DNA of 64,000 bases. It comes from a bacterium (lineage in GTDB: Bacteria; Hinthialibacterota; Hinthialibacteria; Hinthialibacterales; Hinthialibacteraceae). Made by a program: the position numbers and the translations under genes. The stretch spans positions 1,440,001-1,504,000 of the forward strand of contig CAXXMV010000008.1 of NCBI GenBank assembly GCA_963662285.2, read 5' to 3'. This document shows positions 26,784 through 35,613 of the stretch, piece after piece (positions within the stretch are counted from its first letter, which is position 1; every line of letters begins with the position of its first letter). A model generated the notes under the pieces. It saw nothing but the letters and a program-made list of their open reading frames with translations, was not told the DNA's origin and made no database searches.

Positions 26784-29105
26784 ATGGGTAAACAAAATAA
26801 TAGGTTTTTAGTTCAATACTTGTTAAGCGCTTTATGCATCATTGCATTTTGCATGACTCCGACATTGGCTTTTTCGGATCAATCAGAAAATGGTAAGAAA
26901 CCGATTGATCTGGAATTCATTTATAAAAAGGACGATCTGGGATTAAAACAAGTTGATCCCAATTTTCCCCACTCGTTACAGTGGTCAAAACAGGGGCATT
27001 GGTTGGCTTATTTAGTCTCTTCTACTACGGAAGCGCCGCATCTGGTTGTCTATGATCCAGCCCAGGACGCAACCAAATACTGCGTGACTCCATATACTAT
27101 GAATGACGCTTTGATCAAGTTGGCGTCACAACCTGAAGGCATTGCTATTGATTCGGCTGAGCAAGTCGCCTATATACCTGAAGACGCGACTGAGGGCATC
27201 AAGAAGATAAATAGTTTTAGTTGGATGCAGGAAGAACCCACAATCCAGTTGGATGTTGAGGGCGATAAATATGAATGGAATATTGAAGAGAATTGCTTGA
27301 AGAAAGCTGACGAAAAGAAGGAACTGCCATCCGGAGTAAAGAATGATCTGGAATACTCACCCAATGAGCGATACGCGGCTTACACGCGGGACAATAATAT
27401 ATTTGTATACGATACCGAGCAGCGCAAAGAGTTTCAATTGACTGATGATGGAAGCGTATCGATTCTGAATGGGAAAATGACATGGGTGTATTGGGAAGAG
27501 TTGCATTACCGGCGTAGTTATAGGGCGTTTTATTGGGCGCCGGATAGCCAGTCAATCGCTTATCTTCAATTCAATGAAAAAGGGGTTTCGACCTATCCGG
27601 TTACTGATTTTTCTGATGCAGTTCCCAAAACCCGCAATATGTTTTACCCCAAAGTTGGAACCCAAAATCCTTTGATCCGTCTTGGCGTAGTCTCTCTCTC
27701 TACCCGTCAAACAAAGTGGATCGACTTGGGCGAGCCTTATGAATATATCGCCCGCGTTACCTGGCATCCCAACGGAGAGACATTAGCTGTTCAGACTTTG
27801 AACCGCGCCCAGACCAAATTGACGCTGTTATATTCCGATCCGGTCACCTGCACCAGTAAAATCATCCTGGAAGAAACCGACAAGGTCTGGGTTAATGCGC
27901 ATGGCGGACCTTATTTTCTTGAGAAGAAGGATGAATTCTTATGGTTATCTGAACGTAGCGGCTACCGCCACATATATAAATATTCCAACGATGGGAAAAA
28001 GTGCAAGCAGCTCACCAAAGGCGATTGGGAAGCCAATCCAACTTTATGGACTATTTCGATTCCCATTGATGAAGAAAAAGGCCTGCTTTATTTCACTGCG
28101 TCAATGTTAAATCCTATCGAGCGTCATCTATATTCCGTGCCATTACGTGGAGGCAAAATCAAACAGTTGACCAAAGAAGCAGGCGTACACCGGGTCACCT
28201 TTTCAGAAGATAAAAAATACGCCTTCAAATATTTCTCTGATGTGAATACGCCCAACCGGGTGCAGGTAATCAACAACAAAGGCAAAGTTATCCATACGCT
28301 GGGCGAAACATTGCGGTCGGATTACGACCCTTACATCACCCAGATTCCTGAGATAATCGAGATGGAAGGACCGGAAGGCCGGACATTTTATGGCTCAATT
28401 TTGAAACCATACAATTTCGATCATAGTAAAAAATACCCCGTGATTCTTCATATGTACGCCGGACCGGCGGCTCAGGTTGTGATGAATCAGTTTGTCAGCC
28501 AGACTGACCTGGCCATGTGCAACCGCGGCTTCATCGTTTTCAGATTTGACACCAGAGGCACAACCGGAAGAGGCCGTGAATGGATCAACGCTATTCATTT
28601 GAATGGCTGCGATCTACCTTTGGAGGATTTAAAATTCGCGGCTGAGTACATCAAAAAACTGCCATACGTCAATCCTGAAAAATTAGGCATCTGGGGTTGG
28701 AGCAATGGAGGTTACATGACCTGTTGCGCCATGTTGAAGATTCCCGGTACATTCCAGGCAGGCGCAGCAGTAGCGCCGCTTACCGATCATAAACTGTATG
28801 ACACGGTATATACTGAAAGGTTTATGGGTATGCCGGAAGATAATCCTGATGGTTACAAAGAGAGCGCTCCAACCAATTTCGCAGACGGGCTGGAAGGCAG
28901 TTTATTGCTGGCTCATGGCGTGAGCGATGATAATGTTCATATTCAGAACATCTATCATCTAGTCAATGCACTACTGGAAGCCGAGAAGGATTATGAGTTA
29001 TACCTCTATCCAGAGCGCGATCATGGCATCGGCGGCGACGACCGCCGCTATCATTTGTTCAGCAGGATATTGGATTTCTTTGAGAGAAAATTGATGGATG
29101 AATAA
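26784..29105 (+). CDS. Dipeptidyl peptidase IV (S9B)
   Basis: WVYWEE, YPKVG, GWSNGG nucleophile, YDTVYTERFMG, DDNVH, HGI; signal peptide. Confidence 0.93.
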   Translation: MGKQNNRFLVQYLLSALCIIAFCMTPTLAFSDQSENGKKPIDLEFIYKKDDLGLKQVDPNFPHSLQWSKQGHWLAYLVSSTTEAPHLVVYDPAQDATKYCVTPYTMNDALIKLASQPEGIAIDSAEQVAYIPEDATEGIKKINSFSWMQEEPTIQLDVEGDKYEWNIEENCLKKADEKKELPSGVKNDLEYSPNERYAAYTRDNNIFVYDTEQRKEFQLTDDGSVSILNGKMTWVYWEELHYRRSYRAFYWAPDSQSIAYLQFNEKGVSTYPVTDFSDAVPKTRNMFYPKVGTQNPLIRLGVVSLSTRQTKWIDLGEPYEYIARVTWHPNGETLAVQTLNRAQTKLTLLYSDPVTCTSKIILEETDKVWVNAHGGPYFLEKKDEFLWLSERSGYRHIYKYSNDGKKCKQLTKGDWEANPTLWTISIPIDEEKGLLYFTASMLNPIERHLYSVPLRGGKIKQLTKEAGVHRVTFSEDKKYAFKYFSDVNTPNRVQVINNKGKVIHTLGETLRSDYDPYITQIPEIIEMEGPEGRTFYGSILKPYNFDHSKKYPVILHMYAGPAAQVVMNQFVSQTDLAMCNRGFIVFRFDTRGTTGRGREWINAIHLNGCDLPLEDLKFAAEYIKKLPYVNPEKLGIWGWSNGGYMTCCAMLKIPGTFQAGAAVAPLTDHKLYDTVYTERFMGMPEDNPDGYKESAPTNFADGLEGSLLLAHGVSDDNVHIQNIYHLVNALLEAEKDYELYLYPERDHGIGGDDRRYHLFSRILDFFERKLMDE

Positions 29106-29132
29106 GTGATGCCATTAACTATTATTCTTCTT

Positions 29133-29163
29133 AAAAGGGCGCGCGATTGTGCGCCCTTTTTTT
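29133..29163 (+). terminator. Intrinsic terminator
   Basis: AAAAGGGCGC...GCGCCCTTTTTTT. Confidence 0.8.
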
Positions 29164-29290
29164 GGTTTAAAAAGATTATAACGATAGACTTTTTTCTGGC
29201 AAAGAGTGATTATAGACAGACGTAATTATTAAAATCGTTTTAATAATTGAAGCAAAGAGTTATTACTCGAATGTCAAAGGAAGAGTTCTC

Positions 29291-32200
29291 GTGCGTGTTT
29301 CGTCCATTAAAAAATATCAATATCTTCTCTCAATAATAATTCTATTAATAAGCGTCAGCCCGGTATGGTCAGATGCGAATCAAATACCTGAATTGGAAGA
29401 GGGTTTTGTCTCTCCTCCAGATGCTTGCCGTCCCTGGGTTTATTGGTTCATCATGGATGGCAACCTCAACCGCGAGGGTATCACCGCCGACTTTGAGGCG
29501 ATGAAGCAGGCAGGAATCGGCGGCATGGTGCTGATGGAAGTCAGCGTCGGCATCCCACGCGGCCCGGTGGAATTCATGAGCGATGCGTGGCGCGCTCTGT
29601 TCAAACATGCCGTAGAGGAAGCGGAACGTCTGGGCCTGGAGATTACGCTTAACGCCGGACCCGGCTGGACCGGCAGCGGTGGACCCTGGGTGAAACCGGA
29701 GCAGTCCATGCAGCACCTGGTTGCATGCGAAGTTAATGTTGCTGGACCATCAAGATTCCAATCTGTGCTGCCGCTGCCCAAACCACGCAAACCATATTTT
29801 GGAGAAGCAGGTTTACCGCCGGAAATGCTGCAAGCGCGGGATGCCTTTTACGCTGATGAAGTGGTGTTGGCGATTCCACAAACCAGTTCCGACTATCGTA
29901 TTGAGGAGATAGACGAAAAAGCGCTTTATGTACGTGAACCATTCACATCAAAGCCTAATGTTAAGCCCTATCTGCCCGCGCTGGCTTCCTACCAGACAAT
30001 TCCGCACAATGCGGTTATAGATCCAAAAGATATTATTGATCTTACTGATCGCTTGCAATCAGATGGCAGTCTGACCTGGGATGCGCCAGCGGGCAATTGG
30101 ACAATTCTACGCTTCGGACGCCGAAACACCGGCGCCAACACCCGCCCCGCTCCCCAACCGGGACTCGGATTAGAAAGCGATAAGTTTGATCCTATCGCGC
30201 TTGACGCTCATTTCAACGAATTCATTGGAGCGTTGCTGGATACGGTTGGTCCACGTCCAATCGATAGAACAAGCGGCTGGACTATGCTGCACATAGACAG
30301 TTGGGAGATGGGTTCTCAAAACTGGACTGCTGGCTTCCGACAGGAGTTTATTGATCGACGCGGCTACAATCCATTGCTTTATTTACCTGTCTTTACAGGA
30401 CGTGTTATTGAAAGCCTTGAGATTTCCGAGCGCTTTCTTTGGGACCTACGCCTGACTGCCCAAGAACTTGTTTTAGAAAACCATGCTCAGCATCTGAAGG
30501 AACTGGGACATGCCAACGGCTTCGGTTTATCCATTGAACCATACGACATGAATCCAACATCCGACATGGCTCTAGGTGGGATCGCAGATACGCCAATGTG
30601 TGAATTCTGGTCTCATGGTTATGATTTTGATTCAACTTTCAGCTGTTTTGAAGCCGTATCTGTTGCTCATACCATGAATCGCAAAATCGTTGCGGCAGAG
30701 TCTTTTACCGCTGGTTCAAAAGAGGCGTGGAAACTATTCCCGGCAGTGATGAAAAATCAGGGCGACTGGGCTTTGTGCACTGGAATCAACCGGATAGTAT
30801 TTCACCGCTTCGCTCATCAGCCCTGGCTCAACCGTCGACCGGGGATGACGATGGGTCCATATGGCGTTCATTGGGATCGGACGCAAACCTGGTGGCCAAT
30901 GGCTTCAGCCTATCATGGCTATCTGGCGAGATGTCAATTTGTTCTCAGGCAAGGCTCCCCCGTAGCGGATATCTGTTATTTGATACCAGAAGGCGCCCCC
31001 CATGTATTTAGTCCGCCTTCTTCTGCGGTAGAAGGTGAACTACAGGATCGGCGAGGTTACAATTTCGACGGCTGCGAGCCGATGGCTTTGATAAACAATG
31101 CAACGGTTAGAGATGGTAGAATCTTTTTCCCCGGCGGCGCTGCTTATCGCATGCTGGTTCTGCCTGCATTTGATACCATGACTCCGGCTTTATTGACGAA
31201 GATAAAATGCCTGGTTGAAGCAGGGGCAACGGTTGTCGGCTCTCCACCATGTAAATCACCAAGTCTATCGAATTATCCACAGTGCGATCAGGATATACAA
31301 CTTACAGCAAATGAGTTGTGGGGAGCGAATAAGCAAACTACTAAAATTACTAAACGCCAGGTCGGCGCCGGGGTCATCTATTGCGGCGGAAAATTGGATG
31401 ACAGTTCACCAGATAAACAGGATACATCCCAGATTAATCAAGCCCGCTGGATATGGAGCAATGAAGGAAACCCTGATATAAGCGTTCCCCCGTCTACTCG
31501 GTATTTCCGCCGTGTTTTTTCAATCGATGCAAATAAGCGAATTGAATCAGCCCGGATTGAGATCACAGCTGATAACGAATTTCAATTATGGATTAACGGC
31601 GCAACAGCCATCAGAGGTGATAATTTCAATCATGTTTACAGGTTAGATGTGGAAACTCTTTTACAACCGGGAAACAATATACTGGCAGTTGAAGCGGCCA
31701 ATGGCGGCGATAATTCAAATCCAGCCGGCTTGATCGCTGCTTTGCATATTCAGTGTCGCGAAGGTGATGAAACCACTCTGGTAACCAACAAACAATGGCA
31801 GACCTGTCTCAAAGCCCAAGACGACTGGCATACACTGCAATCAGATAATAATCAGTGGACTAACGCCAAGGAACTCGGTCCGGCGGATATGAATCCCTGG
31901 CGCTTAAATGCATCTCAGGATGAATTACCTGAACTTTATCCGGAATACGAAGTCACAGCGAGTTTATTAAGCAAGATGGAGCTGCCGCCTGATTTTGAAG
32001 CGGACGCTCCTATCCGTTATACTCACCGGCGCGCCGGTAGTAAAGATATTTATTTCGTTGCCAATCGAACGGCAAACCAGGTTAAGGCGACATGCCGTTT
32101 CCGCGTGACAGATAAACAACCTGAGTTATGGAATCCACTTAATGGTGATATTCGATCATTACCCGAGTTCACACAAGACAATGGCCGCATAACAATACCG

Positions 32201-32791
32201 CTTATTTTTGAAGCGCATCAAAGTTTCTTCATTATTTTTGATAATAATAAATCAAATCTAATTAATGATAAAACAAAGAGTAATAACTTTCCAACCATCA
32301 CGCAAATCGCCCGAATTGACGGTCCCTGGGATATGTCATTTGCTGAAGAATCGGGAGGTCCCGGGAATGTAATTTTTCAGACGCTTGATAATTGGAGCAA
32401 GCGACCGGAAAAAGGCATTAAATACTATTCCGGTATTGCAGTCTACAAGACGTCCTTTGACCTTCCGCAGAAATTAGTACTCGGCCAAAACCGACTTTCA
32501 TTAGACCTGGGAATTGTCCACAATCTGGCGCAAATATATCTCAACGGAAAGGATATGGGTATATTATGGTGTAATCCCTGGCAGGTTGATATTACAAATA
32601 ATGTTCAAGACAAAGATAACAGACTGGAGATTCACATCAGCAATCTATGGCCGAACCGCTTGATTGGTGATATGAATATTCCAGTTGATCAAAGGATTGC
32701 ATGGACGACCTGGAATCCATACAAGAAGGATGACGCCTTGCTGCCCTCCGGATTATTAGGGCCAGTAACACTTAATTTTATAAGCGAATAG
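29291..32791 (+). CDS. GH106 alpha-L-rhamnosidase-like glycoside hydrolase with inserted CBM-like domain
   Basis: RPWVYWF.MDGN, GWTGSGGPW, DSWE, PMCEFW, AAESFT, GIKYYSG, NLWPNRLIGD, PSGLLGPV. Confidence 0.88.
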   Translation: MRVSSIKKYQYLLSIIILLISVSPVWSDANQIPELEEGFVSPPDACRPWVYWFIMDGNLNREGITADFEAMKQAGIGGMVLMEVSVGIPRGPVEFMSDAWRALFKHAVEEAERLGLEITLNAGPGWTGSGGPWVKPEQSMQHLVACEVNVAGPSRFQSVLPLPKPRKPYFGEAGLPPEMLQARDAFYADEVVLAIPQTSSDYRIEEIDEKALYVREPFTSKPNVKPYLPALASYQTIPHNAVIDPKDIIDLTDRLQSDGSLTWDAPAGNWTILRFGRRNTGANTRPAPQPGLGLESDKFDPIALDAHFNEFIGALLDTVGPRPIDRTSGWTMLHIDSWEMGSQNWTAGFRQEFIDRRGYNPLLYLPVFTGRVIESLEISERFLWDLRLTAQELVLENHAQHLKELGHANGFGLSIEPYDMNPTSDMALGGIADTPMCEFWSHGYDFDSTFSCFEAVSVAHTMNRKIVAAESFTAGSKEAWKLFPAVMKNQGDWALCTGINRIVFHRFAHQPWLNRRPGMTMGPYGVHWDRTQTWWPMASAYHGYLARCQFVLRQGSPVADICYLIPEGAPHVFSPPSSAVEGELQDRRGYNFDGCEPMALINNATVRDGRIFFPGGAAYRMLVLPAFDTMTPALLTKIKCLVEAGATVVGSPPCKSPSLSNYPQCDQDIQLTANELWGANKQTTKITKRQVGAGVIYCGGKLDDSSPDKQDTSQINQARWIWSNEGNPDISVPPSTRYFRRVFSIDANKRIESARIEITADNEFQLWINGATAIRGDNFNHVYRLDVETLLQPGNNILAVEAANGGDNSNPAGLIAALHIQCREGDETTLVTNKQWQTCLKAQDDWHTLQSDNNQWTNAKELGPADMNPWRLNASQDELPELYPEYEVTASLLSKMELPPDFEADAPIRYTHRRAGSKDIYFVANRTANQVKATCRFRVTDKQPELWNPLNGDIRSLPEFTQDNGRITIPLIFEAHQSFFIIFDNNKSNLINDKTKSNNFPTITQIARIDGPWDMSFAEESGGPGNVIFQTLDNWSKRPEKGIKYYSGIAVYKTSFDLPQKLVLGQNRLSLDLGIVHNLAQIYLNGKDMGILWCNPWQVDITNNVQDKDNRLEIHISNLWPNRLIGDMNIPVDQRIAWTTWNPYKKDDALLPSGLLGPVTLNFISE

Positions 32792-32848
32792 CCGCCCAGG
32801 TTTTGAAATTTAACCAGTTTTCTTGATATAGAGTCTTAACCGTTCTTG

Positions 32849-35467
32849 TCAGTCTTGTTCCAGATAACAGAATGCCTCTTGTTTAATAGTATCGGCATGA
32901 AGTTTAAGAGTATTATGGTTAGCTTGATTAGCAACATCTACAACTCTGATGGCATTAGACCATTTTGCTTCACCGGGAAGAAGTTCAGATAAAACATTAG
33001 TCGATTCTTCAAAAAAATGTTCATTGATCATATTACTTTCTCTATCAGGAAAAAGAGCAAGATAAAGCATGTCCATTTCAACCATCTCACTAAAAAAATG
33101 AGTTCCAAGAGATACGTCGGGAACCAAATTATCTCTCATAGTTACAATTTCACAAATAATCGATACATTGTTAATATCGACAAAAGATACGGGAACGCCC
33201 AATGATGGAGTCGATGTTCCCCAACGTCCGGGTCCGATAAGCATGATGGTCGCTGGATTTTCTTTTTTTTGTAGATGAGTAAGTCTACCAATCAATCTGG
33301 CAATATGGTATCGCTCAGTCATTGTAAGTTGACCGTAAACAGAGGGAACCACATAAATTATTCGATCAATATTCGCCAAACGGCTGCGCCCGATGACGGG
33401 GCCTTTTATGCGAAGGATCAAGTTGTTTTTATCAATACTAGCCGGAGGTTCAACAATTGTGCTGCCTCCCTTGATTTCCAAAGGTCGACACTGAACCAGA
33501 TTTATTTTATATTCATCACAACCAATAAAATTAACAGTATATTCAATGTCAACCGGATATTGGTAAGCATCACTAAGAATGAGCATTATTTCGTGCATGT
33601 CATCTGCAAATGAAGTTATTGATAGTAATTTATCAAATGTCAGCATCTTATAATATTTACTGGTCGATTGATTCCTGTTACTTGAATGATAGGGATTATC
33701 AATTTCAGAAGCGCATAAACTAATCGAAATATCCGTGCTATATTCTGCAATCTCATTAAAATCTTTCGATATTACCTGATTGGCTTCCAAGTCGAGCACA
33801 TCAATTTTTTTCTGAGTAAATTTATAAGAATCACTTTTTTCGGTTTCAGGTCGTTTATCAGGAGCGCTTAGCGCAATTAATCTGGTATAATCATCATCGC
33901 TTCGATCCACTGCGCGAGTGCCCAATCCATATACCAGACGCAATAATCCTGCCTCTGATTTAATTGCTTCATCCCAGACGAATGGATTGAAAGAATAACC
34001 CACCCCCGCCGCATGGGGATAAAACATATTACCATTTATAGAACCGGAAACCCGCTGCACCAAAAGCGCCATCTGTTCGTCTTGTTCGAGAATGCCTCGA
34101 TTAGCGCGATATTTGAGCGCTTTCTCGCTCATGCTGCTGGCATAGATTATTCGCACGGCATCCAAAAAGCGTTTCAGTCGTTCTTCGGGAGAACCCTGAT
34201 TGGTGCAAAAAACGCTTTCATATTTCCCGGCAAACATATTCCCGAAACCATCCTCTAAAAGACTGCTGGATCGCACAATAATGGGCGACAATCCATAATA
34301 TTCCAGCATTGCCTTGAAGCGTTCTATCATATAGTCAGGGAATTTTCCGGCCAAAATTCGCTTCTTGGCTTCCTCGATATCATCCATGAAAGTAACAGTA
34401 TTTTTCTGTTTCTTTCTTACCCACCAGCAATCATTCAAAACAATATAAGAATAAAAAACTTCCGAGCCGATATAGAATGAGTCATGCGATTCGATGACGT
34501 CTTCATATTTAGAAAAGTTCTGTTTAAGAATCGTGCGAGCCAGTATCATACCGACCGTTTTTCCACCGATAAATCCTGTGCCGATCATTCGTTCTCTAAT
34601 GCGCATTAAATCCTGTAAAGTTAAATATTTTTCCGCCAGTTTTGATAATCGCACATCCCTGCTTATAATCATTCCCATAAGCAGTTTAAACATTTCATCA
34701 ACTCTGCGTTTTGAACCTTCACCCCGGTTGAAGGCCTTTAGGACTTCATCGGCTTCGACAAAAACCCGATTCCAGACGCCGATTTGATACAATGCCGATT
34801 CCAATCCAGACTTTGTTACAGAAGTTAAGATATCGGCCAATTCGATGCTGCGGGTAATAGGAATAAATTGATCGCCTTGCCAGGCATGTAAGCGGTAAAT
34901 AGTTTTTGATATACGATTGTTAACTTTCAGAGGGTAAACATACAATTTTCCTTTATGACGGTATACATCAAGAAACATTTGGGTGCTTTTTGATATGGGA
35001 TCAGCAGCATGAAATGAGTGGTAATTGCGTAGTACTGCAAAGTATGCAATCGCTTTCATTTTTATGAGATAGGGACAGGTAAGCAGAAAGAAATTGCCTA
35101 GCATCCGGTCACTGTAGCAATCATGGGCCAGTTCCGAAAGCGTATCGAATATATAATAACCGCCTTCCCCATTTTTCTCTATCACATCATGAATCTTGCT
35201 GATAAACACCTCAAATCCTTTTTGGGGACTAAGGCTATAGATATCGATGTTATCATCATCAATAACAAGAGGTTCATGGGCGGCAAAACGGAAATAGGTT
35301 ACCCGTTCTTTTTTGGATATGGCGCCGCGACTGAAGGGTTCAACAAAAGCGCGATAATCGTTTATACTGTCTACCTGCCATAAAATATTGCCTCCCGGAT
35401 TCACATCCTGCAGAACATCATCCAATGCCGGTAATCCTGTACTATGCCTTGCGCAATCGTCCAACAT
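32849..35467 (-). CDS. PEP/pyruvate-binding (ATP-grasp) domain protein with N-terminal KaiC/RecA-like domain, paralog B
   Basis: STGLPALD, IGGK, VRSSSLLED...FAGKYES, GLGTRAV, PVDIEY, QCRPL, GPGRWG. Confidence 0.85.
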   Translation of the reverse strand: MLDDCARHSTGLPALDDVLQDVNPGGNILWQVDSINDYRAFVEPFSRGAISKKERVTYFRFAAHEPLVIDDDNIDIYSLSPQKGFEVFISKIHDVIEKNGEGGYYIFDTLSELAHDCYSDRMLGNFFLLTCPYLIKMKAIAYFAVLRNYHSFHAADPISKSTQMFLDVYRHKGKLYVYPLKVNNRISKTIYRLHAWQGDQFIPITRSIELADILTSVTKSGLESALYQIGVWNRVFVEADEVLKAFNRGEGSKRRVDEMFKLLMGMIISRDVRLSKLAEKYLTLQDLMRIRERMIGTGFIGGKTVGMILARTILKQNFSKYEDVIESHDSFYIGSEVFYSYIVLNDCWWVRKKQKNTVTFMDDIEEAKKRILAGKFPDYMIERFKAMLEYYGLSPIIVRSSSLLEDGFGNMFAGKYESVFCTNQGSPEERLKRFLDAVRIIYASSMSEKALKYRANRGILEQDEQMALLVQRVSGSINGNMFYPHAAGVGYSFNPFVWDEAIKSEAGLLRLVYGLGTRAVDRSDDDYTRLIALSAPDKRPETEKSDSYKFTQKKIDVLDLEANQVISKDFNEIAEYSTDISISLCASEIDNPYHSSNRNQSTSKYYKMLTFDKLLSITSFADDMHEIMLILSDAYQYPVDIEYTVNFIGCDEYKINLVQCRPLEIKGGSTIVEPPASIDKNNLILRIKGPVIGRSRLANIDRIIYVVPSVYGQLTMTERYHIARLIGRLTHLQKKENPATIMLIGPGRWGTSTPSLGVPVSFVDINNVSIICEIVTMRDNLVPDVSLGTHFFSEMVEMDMLYLALFPDRESNMINEHFFEESTNVLSELLPGEAKWSNAIRVVDVANQANHNTLKLHADTIKQEAFCYLEQD

Positions 35468-35613
35468 GGCAATTTCTCCGTTGCATACTTTTTAACATAA
35501 CTGTATAAATAAAGAGTAGAGTAATTCCCCGTAACTTTTCAAAAATTATTCAAGTATTTTTTGTAATAAGAAACCAACATCATAAAATCAAGTCAAACAA
35601 GGTTTGTATTCCA